Shown in pieces: positions 13,938-25,104 of a stretch of 64,000 bases of DNA. Made by a program: the position numbers and the translations under genes. The notes beneath the pieces are model-generated. The model did not search any database. It was not told where the DNA came from and saw only the letters and a list, made by a program, of their open reading frames with translations. The stretch is from Felis catus. Taxonomy: Eukaryota. Location: contig NC_058368.1 in NCBI RefSeq assembly GCF_018350175.1, forward strand, positions 50,159,815 through 50,223,814, in the 5' to 3' direction. Numbering within the stretch: position 1 is the stretch's first letter; every line of letters starts with the position of its first letter.

Positions 13938-14676
13938 TCAAAAGGATACTTGTAATAAGTTCTATATAATTTACAAACCTATGGCTAATCACATTTGTTA
14001 TCTGTCTATTTATCTCTCATGTGAGCCAAACAAATAAATGCTTACTAAGATTGAGGGAAAGTAAATTTTGAATATCTGCAGACAAGTCTACTTTCCTTGG
14101 CTCAGATCTAGGTGTTGTGATCAGTGGAAATGAATGAACTCTGTGGTGTATGCCTGCTGTCCTTGCCCTTTTATCTGTTTTTAAAGTTTTATCTTAAGAA
14201 ACTATGAGTTAAAGTTACTTTATTCTAAACACTGCAAATATTTCCTGGAGGGTAGGCTGACTAGAATCATGTTAACTTACCTCCTTTGGAACATGGAAAT
14301 TAAGGTTGACTTTTTGCTTTGACTCCTTTCATGTTTATTGCTAGATACCTGTAGTCACTGGTTTTTAGCATTTGAATCTATTATTAGCTTCTCTTTTATT
14401 AAAATGCCCCCTCCCACTTATTTTTAGATAAACTGTAGTCTTTTATTAAATACTATTGAATACCTCCTCATTGTTACCTAAGTGCCAAATACTGTGGGAA
14501 AACATTTACAGATTTATACTCTGATTTTTGTCAGATTTTTTTTAATGTTTAACAGAGAAATCTCATTGCCACACCTATCAAATATAGCACAACTTGAGCT
14601 ATACAAACAAGTAATGACTGATTACATTTTTGGAAGTTTATGCTGACTCACTCTTCTTTAAAAACTTTTCCTTTAG

Positions 14677-14875
14677 GCTCTTGAAGACTCCAGGTGCCTG
14701 AAAAGGAGTGGCAGGGACAGTGGTTACGGTGATATCTGGTGTGCTGAACGCGGAGAATTTCCTACTCCTCCAGGCAACCATAAGAGAGAAGATTCGTTTG
14801 AAAGCTTGGACTCTTTGGGGTCTAGGTCATTCACAAGCTGCTCCTCTGATATCACGCTGAGAGGGGGACGTGAGG
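14677..14875 (+). CDS. LMO7: LMO7 exon, 199 nt, [21 protein letters not shown]...[11 protein letters not shown](G)
   Basis: cctttag|GCT...GAG G|gtgagt; RDSGYGD and [15 protein letters not shown] motifs; phase 0 to 1. Confidence 0.95.
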
Positions 14876-17800
14876 GTGAGTTGCATCTTTGACTGTCAGT
14901 GTATTTTGTGCTTGTTTGCATTATTAAGAGAAAATTGGAAATAGGAGAGAGTAGGAAAATGGAGCAAAAACATTTGGGGCAAAAATTTTACAAAGATGTG
15001 ATTTCCATGGAGACTAAAACATTGGAGGTTTCTTTCTCGTTTTTCATTTCTTTTTTTTTTTTTCTTCTTTCTTTCTTTTCCTTTCTCATTGCTTCCTCAC
15101 TGTATTACCACTAGAGTGATCATTGTTTCATTGTTGTTCATTCCATGGTTAGAAGAGAGTGGGGAGGAGACCATTAACTGTGACCTGTTCTATCAATGAT
15201 GACCTGTCCTGATTCTCTTCTGTCCAGATGCAGGTTTGATAATCTGTGCTATGAGGCCTATTTACCAACGTACCTAAACATAAAAAAGAAAGCCTCTATA
15301 AAATTCTGCTCTAGTTTCTGAATACTTTTCATTCCAAAAGATAAAAAAATTTCTCTTAAGGAAAAGGAGGAAACATATCCCTGTAATTCTGTCCAAAAAA
15401 AAATGATTGATATCTACCAGAATAGATTATTATGCTAAACTTTGATAAATTAAGTAGCCATACTAGCATGGTGTTAGGAAACCTCTTTTGTTTTTATTAG
15501 GGTCAGAGCAAATCCAGGACAGAGTGAGAAAAGAACATAAAATGAAAGTTACTTTGTTACGAGTTTCAAAATCCTAATATTATGGCCACATCAGTTACTT
15601 AAATGCATGTCTTCTAACAATGGCTATTGGATGGGGTCAGAAATTCCCGACTGTGTACCTTTAACAATTCAAATTCGGATGGATCAAAACCACAAGTAAA
15701 GTTTCTGTGCTTCTAGCATCGACATGAAAAAATGGAGAGTTCTGGTTGTGAGTTGGTGCTAAATTGTTAGGGATTTTACTTTGCTGGTTATTTTGATAAT
15801 TACTTTTATATTTTTACTTGTTTTTCTTAATGTTCTTATCAAAAAGCATTTAAAACCTCAACAAAGTTGAAAGAATTTTACAGTGAATACTCATGTTCCA
15901 AGCCCTAGTTCTTACCATAACATTTTACTGGGCTTGCTTTACCACATATCTTCCCCTCCCTCTATATACATTAATTATCCATCTTGGTGTTTGAGGCACT
16001 TCAGAGTACATTAGACTTTGCCTAAATACTTTAGCACACAGTGCTCAACTACAATTCAATCTTTGTTGTTGTTCTGATGTAAATTTATAAAAAAGCAATG
16101 GGTGTACAATGGATTTGGTTTTGAAAAATAATCAACAAATTAAGTGAAACACAACCCCATCTCTTTAGGTTTTAGAGTAGTAGTGGCATTTGAAATTTTA
16201 AAAAAAATGAGTAGCTATCAAAGAGTTACCCTTTATGATTATTGTTGCATGTGTTGGTGGCTGCTATCCAGGTATGACATTTTCATGGCCCAGATGACTA
16301 GTACAGGGTTAAGGAAATGAATCTGAGTTTATAGTTCATCTGAGTGATTAAAACCGTAAAAGCAGAGGCTGACGTTCTTAATGAGCTATATTCCTTTGTC
16401 CTGACTGGATAACCTAAAACATTCAGTGTTTAAATTTATATCTGGCCAACAAAGAATAACAGGGGCAAAGACTGAAGGCATGTGGGAATATACAGACTTC
16501 CGTCGGTTCAGTATAGTCGTCCCGAGTGTGGAATTAAAGTCCTCTCCTCAGATACTTGGTGGACTGGATGCCTGGTATGTGTGACAGAAAGCAGACGGCC
16601 ACTGTCACACTGCTTCCTGATCTTGGGAAAGGGGTTGCAGAGCTTGTGTGAAGAGTGCGGAAGGGAAGATGTGGTACTTACAAGTGAGGAAGAAGAGAAA
16701 AGCCTGAGGGCCACCCGGATGATCAAACTTTTTTGCAATCAGCATGTTGAAATTCTGCTGCCTGCCTGGTTGAGGTCCCAAACTGATCCCCACCCTCCCC
16801 CCCTTAGGATAATATTTTTAAGTTAACAAACTGAAAAGTCAAATTCCTTAGTTTTATACGAACTCCCTTTCCATATCAAGAATATTTGCTTACTCTGCGG
16901 GAACTTCACTGCACTCAAAAATAAAAAGATTTTAGCTTTAAAACTTCCAAAGTAGAAAATCTCCCTGTGTGTTTAAAATTCCACATGTACACATTCGGGC
17001 AAGAACCTCTAAGACCTTTCTTATTTGCAACAAAATGGGATATTCAGGAGGTGGTAAAAATGGAAGCACCTGATGATTGACCATTAACCCTCCCCGTGTA
17101 GCTGCTCATTCTTCCTCCCTTTTTGCCTTTTCTCCTTTACCCTGTTCCAGCCTCACGGTCTCCCAGGGTGTGTGAAACCACTTCCTGTAGGCCATTCTCA
17201 TTGTTATTTACTGTAGATTTCTGCCAGGCAGGAGGGAGGAGACAAGATGGCCTTGAGCACAGGTTGACCTGCCCTGAGTTCGCTGTGCCCAGAGGCTGCA
17301 GCTGTCAGGTACCGTGCACAGCTATCCTCTGAAGGAACCCTGGCGGGAAGGGGGCAACCTCTACAAACTTTCTTTGCAAATACACGGAGGCAGAAAGAAC
17401 AAAAGGGCAGAAAAGGGAGACAACTCAGCGTGGATCTGTAGTAGTATTTTGTAGTCTCTTTTCTTCCTGTGTCTTTACAAGAGTAGACTTATTTATTTAA
17501 GAGAACACATCAGCATTTGTGTGTATCTGACCTTGAGGTGTATCACAGTGTATTCTTTTGAATTTGTGTTTAAATGATTTGATTTGATTTTGGAATCAAA
17601 ATACAAGGTTCCCAGTATTTTCGTGGCCACCCTGAGAAAGATCCTTGAGTTGTGTGTGTTCATTTAGACATGAGGCTTGATATTCCTTTGGACCAAATGA
17701 TTACTGAAGTTCCAACCTCCTGTTTAATGTGTGACCCTTGCCTATAGGGATCTCACAACGATGTAGCCAACCCCTTCCTGATACTATGCTTTCTACTGCT

Positions 17801-18262
17801 TTTTCCATGTCCTCCCTTATCTCTCTTGCCCTCACAGAAATTTGAGACAATGGTGTGCTTTATTTTAAATTACAGACTTTTCCTTGAATGACTCTTTGAT
17901 CTAGTTTTCGGTGTCTTTGACTCAATTGCTATATTTTACTCATATGTATTCCAGCAATAAATTTTATGTACAGTCACAGGGTCAAGGAGGATTGGGAAGA
18001 GAAGAAGTTCAGTGGTTAATGGGGACATTTTCTGTTTAGAATGTTCAACAGTAAAAGAATGTAGCGCATGTGCCTCCAGTATGCAAAGCAAGTTCCTCCT
18101 AATGGATCTTATCACAACTTCATGACAAATTTCTAAAAATATTCCCCAGAGTTAGCAGAAGAGCCCTGGGTTTCCAAGGGAAAGACAAAGCAGGCATGCT
18201 GTGTGGGTTCAGTTAGACAAATGATCTGGAGAGTAAAGCAAATTCTCATGCTTTTTTTATAG

Positions 18263-18515
18263 GTTGCGAAAGCGACACAGATTCTGAATTTTCATCCAAG
18301 ATGCAGGATTATAATAAAGACGATATGTCCTATCGAAGGATTTCAGCTATTGAACCAAAATCTGCTTTACCATTCAATCGTTTTTTACCCAACAAAAGTA
18401 GACAGCCATCCTATGTGCCAGCGCCGTTGAGGAAGAAAAAGCCGGACAAATACGAGGATAACAGAAGAAGTTGGGCAAGCCCGGTCTATGCAGAAGCGGA
18501 TGGAACATTTCCAAG
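18263..18515 (+). CDS. LMO7: LMO7 exon, 253 nt, [25 protein letters not shown]...[15 protein letters not shown]
   Basis: tttttatag|GT TGC...CCA AG|gtactg; overlaps ORF 18301..18534; phase 1 to 2. Confidence 0.95.
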
Positions 18516-18852
18516 GTACTGGGATGCGAGCTGATGGTGGAATTTTAAGATTCAGTGCACTTTGTGAATTTGCAGGGATATTTAAATGTGGGAAAAGGAA
18601 TAGTTCTTAAAATGTATTTCATAGCCCAAAAATTTCACTAATGAAAGTGCATTTTTTTTCTTACTATTATCTTTAGTCATGCATATCCTGAAGGTGTTTC
18701 TTCCCTTTTAGGATGTCAGCCTATGGTGTGTTGGTTCTTTTTTTAGATACATGCCTTTAGCTTATTGACATCTTTCAGCATATTGGATGACTTCTGCTTT
18801 TCACTGTGAGCTGTTGTTTTCTTCCATTTTTTCCCTGTTTGATTGATCTCAG

Positions 18853-19137
18853 TGGACACACAGAGAATCCTTTAATTTCCCATCAAATTAGCAAAGCAGA
18901 GTGGGATTTTTCCAATGCAGCTTCCTGTCAGAAGGAGGTGTACGGTTCTGAAAGTGGTTCGGACTCCGAGGATGAACGAAGGTTGCCTGATGTAGTTTTG
19001 GATGACTTAGCCAACCGTAGATTCCAAGTGAAAAAGAGGCCTGAGTGTTTCATCTCGAAAACCACCTCTCCTAGCTCTTATTCGCAAAGGTTTTCTCCTG
19101 CTGACCCATTAGCCACTGGGCTGTACGAGTTGACGAG
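18853..19137 (+). CDS. LMO7: Probable LMO7 cassette exon, 285 nt, (S)GHTENPLISHQ...SDSEDERRLPDVVLDDLANRRF...LYELT
   Basis: Pyrimidine tract then ctcag|T, ends ACG AG|gtcaga; open frame, phase 2-2; carries the LMO7-type PDxxxDDxxxRR motif. Confidence 0.75.
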
Positions 19138-19450
19138 GTCAGAAAAATTCTCCTAGATCAGAATGTCTGTTATGTTGATTTTAATATATAACACCCCAGA
19201 TTGTTTGCAATTTTATCTCTTTTTAACACATCTTATAATTATCTTTGGCCCTTGCATATCATGCTATCCTCTGATTAAAATGAGATGCTGTTATCATGCC
19301 TTAACTTTGTTCTAGGAGCTGTCATGATAGAGTGGCAACTAATTTGTCTCATTCAGTGATATAAACTTTGTGAGCCAGAAAGCATGCCTTTTGTGTTCTG
19401 TGTCACAAACTGCTCATTCAGTATCTTAACTGGTTGGATGTTTTGAACAG

Positions 19451-19729
19451 TAATGAGAGGAGAACTTGGGGTACCAATGTGGAGAATTGGCCAACAATAC
19501 AAGAAACTTCAAACTCCTCTTGTTACTTGGAAGAGAAAGAAGCAAAGACAAGTACACCCAACACCGTAAAGGATGATCTTTATGTGCGAAAGCTAAGTCC
19601 AATCATGCCAAACCCAGGGCATGCTTTTGATCAGTTTCTTCCCAAATGTTGGATCCCAGAAGATGTGAACTGGAAAAGAATAAAAAGAGAAACTTACAAA
19701 CCATGGTATAAAGAATTTCAGGGATTCAG
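19451..19729 (+). CDS. LMO7: LMO7 cassette exon, 279 nt, (S)NERRTWGTNVENW...YKPWYKEFQGF
   Basis: ttttgaacag|T AAT...TTC AG|gtttgt; phase 2-2; matches the long human isoform. Confidence 0.92.
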
Positions 19730-20001
19730 GTTTGTCTCTGTGCATGTTTCTGTTGTTCTAATGTTCATTCGGCACCCTGGCTGGGTGTCTTCTGTGTGTG
19801 CTTTTTACGAGAGGGAAAGAGAAAGGTTCCTTTTCCCTTTAATACCCATAGGACCTCTATCACTGAAAAAAAAATGCTGTTTAAGTTTAAACCTTAGGAT
19901 CTGGATCTTAAAAAGCCTTCTGCACGGCAGTATTTTCAGTAGTTCTAGTTTTCTCCAACTCTTTCTCCTTTCCTCCCTCCTTTCTCTGTATCACTCTACA
20001 G

Positions 20002-20205
20002 TAGGAGGAATTCAGATTCTGAGGATGAGGATTCAGGCTCTCACAGAAGCTCCTCCATTTTTAGTAGAATCCAAAAAGCAAAGCATAGGCTAGACAGCAA
20101 CTGCCAAAGACGTTCACTCTTGCTGGAACTGGCTACCAGAGGGGCCAAGAACTCCTGGGACACCCATGCAGCCAGGGGAGCCAGTGGTGCCGCGGACGAG
20201 CCCAG
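20002..20205 (+). CDS. LMO7: Probable LMO7 cassette exon, 204 nt, (S)RRNSDSEDEDSGSHRSSSIFSRIQKAKHRLDSNCQRRSLLLELATRG...AADEP
   Basis: Long pyrimidine tract (~19950-20000) then ctacag|T AGG; ends CCC AG|gtgtac; open, phase 2-2; missed by the ORF track. Confidence 0.65.
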
Positions 20206-20538
20206 GTGTACCTGTGTGCATGAGCCTGCCTGCTTTGAGTCTGGCCTGGGACATCTGTGCCAGTTTCTGCTGCTACTTTAATCTCTGACCATGATGCGCT
20301 GGGTCATGAAACCTTATAACATTTAGCATAAAAGCATAATGTATAACGTATTGCTTTCTATGGGAACATATGAGCTTGGAAGTCTATGGAATTAAATATT
20401 CTTCACAGTAATGTACAAGATAGTACATGTGGCATCGTCTGTGCTTTTGGAAAATTATTTCTAAAAAGCTTTTGTGAAAGTTGACCTAATTCTGTGGTTT
20501 TGCTATGTAAGGAGATGTGGAGAAAGGAAATAACTTTT

Positions 20539-20771
20539 TTTAAAAAGTTTTTATTTAAAAATTTTCTTTGAATGTTTATTTTTGAGAGACAGAGAGAGAC
20601 AGAGCACAAACAGGGGAGGGGCAGAAAGAGAGAGGGAGAAACTGAATCTGAAACAGGCTCCAGGCTCTGAGCTGTCAGCACAGAGCCTGACGCGGGGCTC
20701 AAACTCAGACCCTGAGATCATGACCTGAGCCAAAATCAGACGCTTAACCAACTGAGCCACCCAGGCGCTCC
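20539..20771 (-). mobile_element. CAN-SINE
   Basis: Antisense SINE body; TSD-like aaataactttt on both sides. Confidence 0.93.
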
Positions 20772-20834
20772 AGAAAATAACTTTTAGATAGACACCAGGG
20801 CGCACAAGTCTAGTGGGAAAATGCAGAGAAAAGA

Positions 20835-21059
20835 TTTTTTTTTAAAGTTTATTTATTTATTTTGAGAAAGAGAGGGAGCTGTGCATGCACGAGCAGGGGA
20901 GAGTCAGAAAGAGAGGGAAAGAGAGAGAGAATTCCAAGCAGGGTCCACGCTGTCAATGTGCAGCCCGACTCTGGGCTCGACTGCACGAACCATGAGACCA
21001 TGACCTGAGCCGAAATCTATAGTCGGACACCTAACCGACTGAGCCACCGAGGTGCCCCC
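20835..21059 (-). mobile_element. CAN-SINE (older subfamily)
   Basis: Poly-T, GA tract, ...gactgagccaccgaggtgcccc. Confidence 0.9.
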
Positions 21060-21524
21060 ATTGGGGTCTTTTTGAATGCTTCACAGCATTTTATTTTTTT
21101 AATTCTGCTGACTACCTGTGCCTATTGCATAAAGTGCTTAATGACCGACTCTTCAAAATCTGCAAGATCGCTGCTTCGCTGGGATGGGGGCTGTATCACT
21201 GTGGGTGACAGAATACGGGCAGGGTAAAAGCAAGTATGTATTCATCAGGGAGGTGTGTGCTGTCTACGTTTTAGCCCCATCAGTTGGCCTGGACAGCACC
21301 CACCTTTCTTGAGAAGCACACGCTGCATTTGCTTATTTAAATGGTATCCAAGAAAGTCACGGGTGATGGCATTAAAGGCTAGTCTTTCTCCCAAGCAAGA
21401 ATCCCTCCTGTGACTCCATGACATATTTCACCCGTGGTAACTGACTAGTTGGTCTGCTGCCTAATTACCTGTTCTACCTGAGCTTAATAAGATTCTCCCT
21501 TCCTTTTTCTTTTCTGTGCTTCAG

Positions 21525-22244
21525 TCAGTTTTTATTACTTCAGGCCCTCCAAACATATTCTGATGACATCTTGTCTTCTGAAACAAATACCAAAATTGAT
21601 CCCACTGCCGGCCCCAGGCTCATAACACGCAGAAAGAATCTCTTTTCTGCACCAGGGTATAAAAGAGATGACCTCGAGATGTCAACCCTAGACCCTGATT
21701 TAGAGAATGATGATTTCTTTGTCAGAAAGACTGGCGCTTTCCATGCAAATCCGTATGTTCTCCGGGCTTTCGAAGATCTTAGGAGGTTTTCTGAGCAAGA
21801 TGATCCTGTCGAGCGAGATATAATTCTGCAGTGTAGAGAAGGTGAACTTGTACTTCCGGATCTAGAAAAAGATGATATGGTTGTTCGCCGACTTCCAGCA
21901 CAGAAAAAAGAGGTGCCTCTGTCAGGGGCCCCAGACAGATACCAGCCAGTTCCTTTCCCTGAACCCTGGACTCTTCCTCCAGAAATTCAAGCCAAGTTTC
22001 TGTGTGTGCTTGAAAGAACACACCCATCCAAAGAAAAAAGAAAGAGCTGTAGAGTGTTAGTGCCTTCCTACCGGCAGAAGAAAGATGACCTGTTGACTCG
22101 CAAGATCCAGTCCTGGCAGCTGGGGACGACCGTGCCTCCCGTCAGCTTCATCCCTGGCCCCTGCAGTGAGGCAGACCTGCAGAGGTGGGAAGCCATCCGG
22201 GAGGCCAGCAGACTTAGGCACAAGAAACGGCTCATGGTCGAGAG
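21525..22244 (+). CDS. LMO7: LMO7 large cassette exon, 720 nt, (S)QFLLLQALQTYSDD...RHKKRLMVE
   Basis: ctgtgcttcag|T CAG...GAG AG|gtcaga; covers ORF 21571..22296; phase 2-2. Confidence 0.94.
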
Positions 22245-23200
22245 GTCAGAGTGTGTTTCTGCAAGGATGTGGCTTGTAATGGATGGTCTTGTATAACTTT
22301 TCTGTGTGAGAAAGTGGCATTGTGTTGCCCAACTCTGCATGTCACAAGCCATTTGGAAGCATCCTGCAAAAAGTTGTGTTGTTTTGAGGAACCTGTAGTG
22401 ATTTCATGGAAAAAGTGCAATTCCATATTTGCACATCTCTAAATCAGCTAGCTGAGGCCTGTTTAAAAAAGGTGTGTACATAAGCCTTGCCTTTGGCCTT
22501 AAGGAAGACTATGGTACTATTTGCAACATGATGTTTCATGAAAATGTTACATTTACAGACTTTATAGTCTCATGTCCAGGCATTTCTGAAACAGTCTGGT
22601 TGTAGTTTAGTTTTCTGTGTTTCTCATAATTTGGAATGTATGATTTCTGTGTAACCATGTCCCTTGAAATATGGCATTGCAAATTTCATTTAACTTGATT
22701 ATAATTTTTGTTTTTGACCTAGGTTCCTTGGATTGTCAATATGTGACTTTTTAAATTTCTAGTTTAAAATTGAGTGCAGACTTTATTAAATGCATGAATG
22801 TTATTTGCTGTCTGCTAAATTTTACATGTATGTAATTATGGCCATAAGGTGTCTGCATTTATGTGTTATGCAACTTGCCATTTTGATGTTCAACTTGTTC
22901 AACTTTGGGATGGACAAATGTAAGGCTGATTAAAATCACGAGATCCAAATGCAACATTTTATTCTTGACAACAGGAAGTTTTCTGTTATGGATTTGTTGG
23001 TTCAAGGTAAATTAGGAGACTGTTTATCTTGCTTAATTTGATTCCTTGAGATATGAGATCAATTAGAATTTGAGACATTAAAACGTGATAAAACTTTTTG
23101 AGTTTTGTCCATCTCAGGTTAGAATCTTAAAGTTATTGAACATTTAGAAACTAACATAACCGAAAAATGACTTTTAATTTTTGGTTTTCTGATTTCTTAG

Positions 23201-23230
23201 ACTCTTTCAAAAGATTTATGGTGAGAATGG
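23201..23230 (+). CDS. LMO7: LMO7 30-nt microexon, (R)LFQKIYGEN(G)
   Basis: gatttcttag|A CTC TTT CAA AAG ATT TAT GGT GAG AAT GG|gtaagt; phase 2-2; peptide present in human LMO7. Confidence 0.92.
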
Positions 23231-25058
23231 GTAAGTTTTTTAGTTTACCGTAAAAGAAAAAAATCTTTGCATATTGTTTGTCCTTTGTATAACATGTCGT
23301 CGCACTTCTGTCCTGGCATGTCACTAAATGCGGATGCTGTGTGCTGTGCATGTAACTTTTTAAAATGGGGATTTTTTTTCTTAATTTTACAGCTTAATGA
23401 TGATAATTCTGTATCCAAGTGTGCAGTGCATGAAGTGCTATATGACTGCAGTAGGTTTTGTGTTTATTAGAAGTTTAAAATCCAAGTTTTTTTTTTTTTT
23501 TTTTTAAATTTAAGGAGTCGATTAAAGGTAACACAATTACTTGCCTAAGATTAGATATATTTGGTTTGGTATTTGATTGCCATATAGACCAAAATTCTCA
23601 CTGCTGGATGTTGAAGCCCTAATAAAGGTGTTTTAGAAAAATCTATGATGGAAAGGAATATTAGCATTTACCTTGAAGTTGGAATTCATACAGGTGGTAT
23701 TATCTATACACTCCTAGCTTATGGAGAGGTTCATTAGTCAGGGTGGTGAATGACATTAATATTCCCTTAGTAGAATTTGGAAGTATTTTCATGATTCCTG
23801 ATTAGGGTAAAAAGTTATAATATGGCTATGTTACAGCGCCAAATCAGCTTTCCAAATCTGCAAAAATTAAAATCTTTTAAACTCTTCTGGAAATGTTTTC
23901 CTTTTCTGGAGCAATGGAGAGTTAAGAGCAAATGCTGCCATACTTTTACTGCACACTGGAGAATCATTTGTGCTCAGGGCAGGATAACCAGGTGGCTGCA
24001 TCTCAGTATTTTCCATCAGACTTGCAGTAATTTTGTGAATCTAACTGCTAATAGTTTTTTCCAACAAGAAGAAAATTTAAGTATGTCAAATATTTTAATC
24101 TGCCTAAGCCTTAGTAACTAAGTATATTCCCCTACTGGGATTTATGTCATCTCTAAAAATCTCCAGTTTTGATAGCATTGAATAATTTTTAGAGTGTAGG
24201 AATTTTGGAACTTGCTAAAATTACTGTTTAAAGCAATATAACCATTCTAGGTGTCAAAAGTGTAATTGAGCCCCGGGCAACTAATTGCAAGTACTTCTCA
24301 GCCACTGATTTTAAAAATCAGGCTTCCAGCATGCTTTCAATGGGCCATGCAAAGGCACATTATTCCCTATCCAGCTCAAGTGCTTAAAGATTTCTCACTG
24401 GTGAGGGTGAACAAGGCAATTGTCAGCATGAAGCTTAAGCATCTGCTAATCTCAGTTCACCATGGGAAAGCTGTTTTAACTGATAAAAAATCTCTGCAGC
24501 TTCAAGCATTTTGAATGAAAACTTTCAGAATTTTCATTGCTAATAAGGCTTTATAATCTAAACAGTTTGTTTTTCTGAGTATAAGAACTTGATACGAATA
24601 TAAACATGTGCAGCCATTTCAATGACTGTACATGTTCCTCCTTAGGGATACCCTGTATGACTGGGTTAAGAAAAAAGAAATGAAACCCAAATACCAAGTT
24701 TAGAAAGCTAAGGATTTTTCTGGTCTAGAGGTAGCTAGCAGCAGCAAATACCTTCTGTAGACTATTTCAAGATTGTTGCTTGTGTGGTACAGTATTTGTT
24801 TTAAAAGCCTGTTCTTCTTACAGTTTAGCGCCAAGGTTAACACAAATAAAGCAAGATTGTCTGTAAATTGAGATTGATGAAAGTAATGTGAATATGTCTT
24901 CAGAAAACTAGAGTGTGCTTTATGCCACTTGTAATCAAAATCTTTTACATGGGATTTTTTTCCCCCATGTTCTATCGGTTACCAATAATTTCCTTAAACT
25001 GATTTGCTGCGATGAAAAGAAAAAATTGGATTGAGTATAGGCATTTAATCTAGAACTT

Positions 25059-25104
25059 GTTTCCTGTGGATAAACATGTTTGTAAATGTTTATCCACAGG
25101 AAAC
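25059..25104. repeat. Perfect 19-bp inverted repeat with 8-nt spacer
   Basis: GTTTCCTGTGGATAAACAT-gtttgtaa-ATGTTTATCCACAGGAAAC. Confidence 0.97.

Noticed and set aside
16552..16574. ctcctcag|23 nt|gtatgt mini-exon pattern
   Set aside because: Frame-shifting, short pyrimidine tract, no supporting motifs; compatible with chance
20255..20281. QFLLLL after the 204-nt exon resembles QFLLLQ at the start of the 720-nt exon
   Set aside because: Too short and low in complexity to support duplication
21779..22426. Antisense ORFs overlapping the 720-nt exon (also at 36407, 54135 and 63719)
   Set aside because: Typical shadow ORFs of sense coding exons
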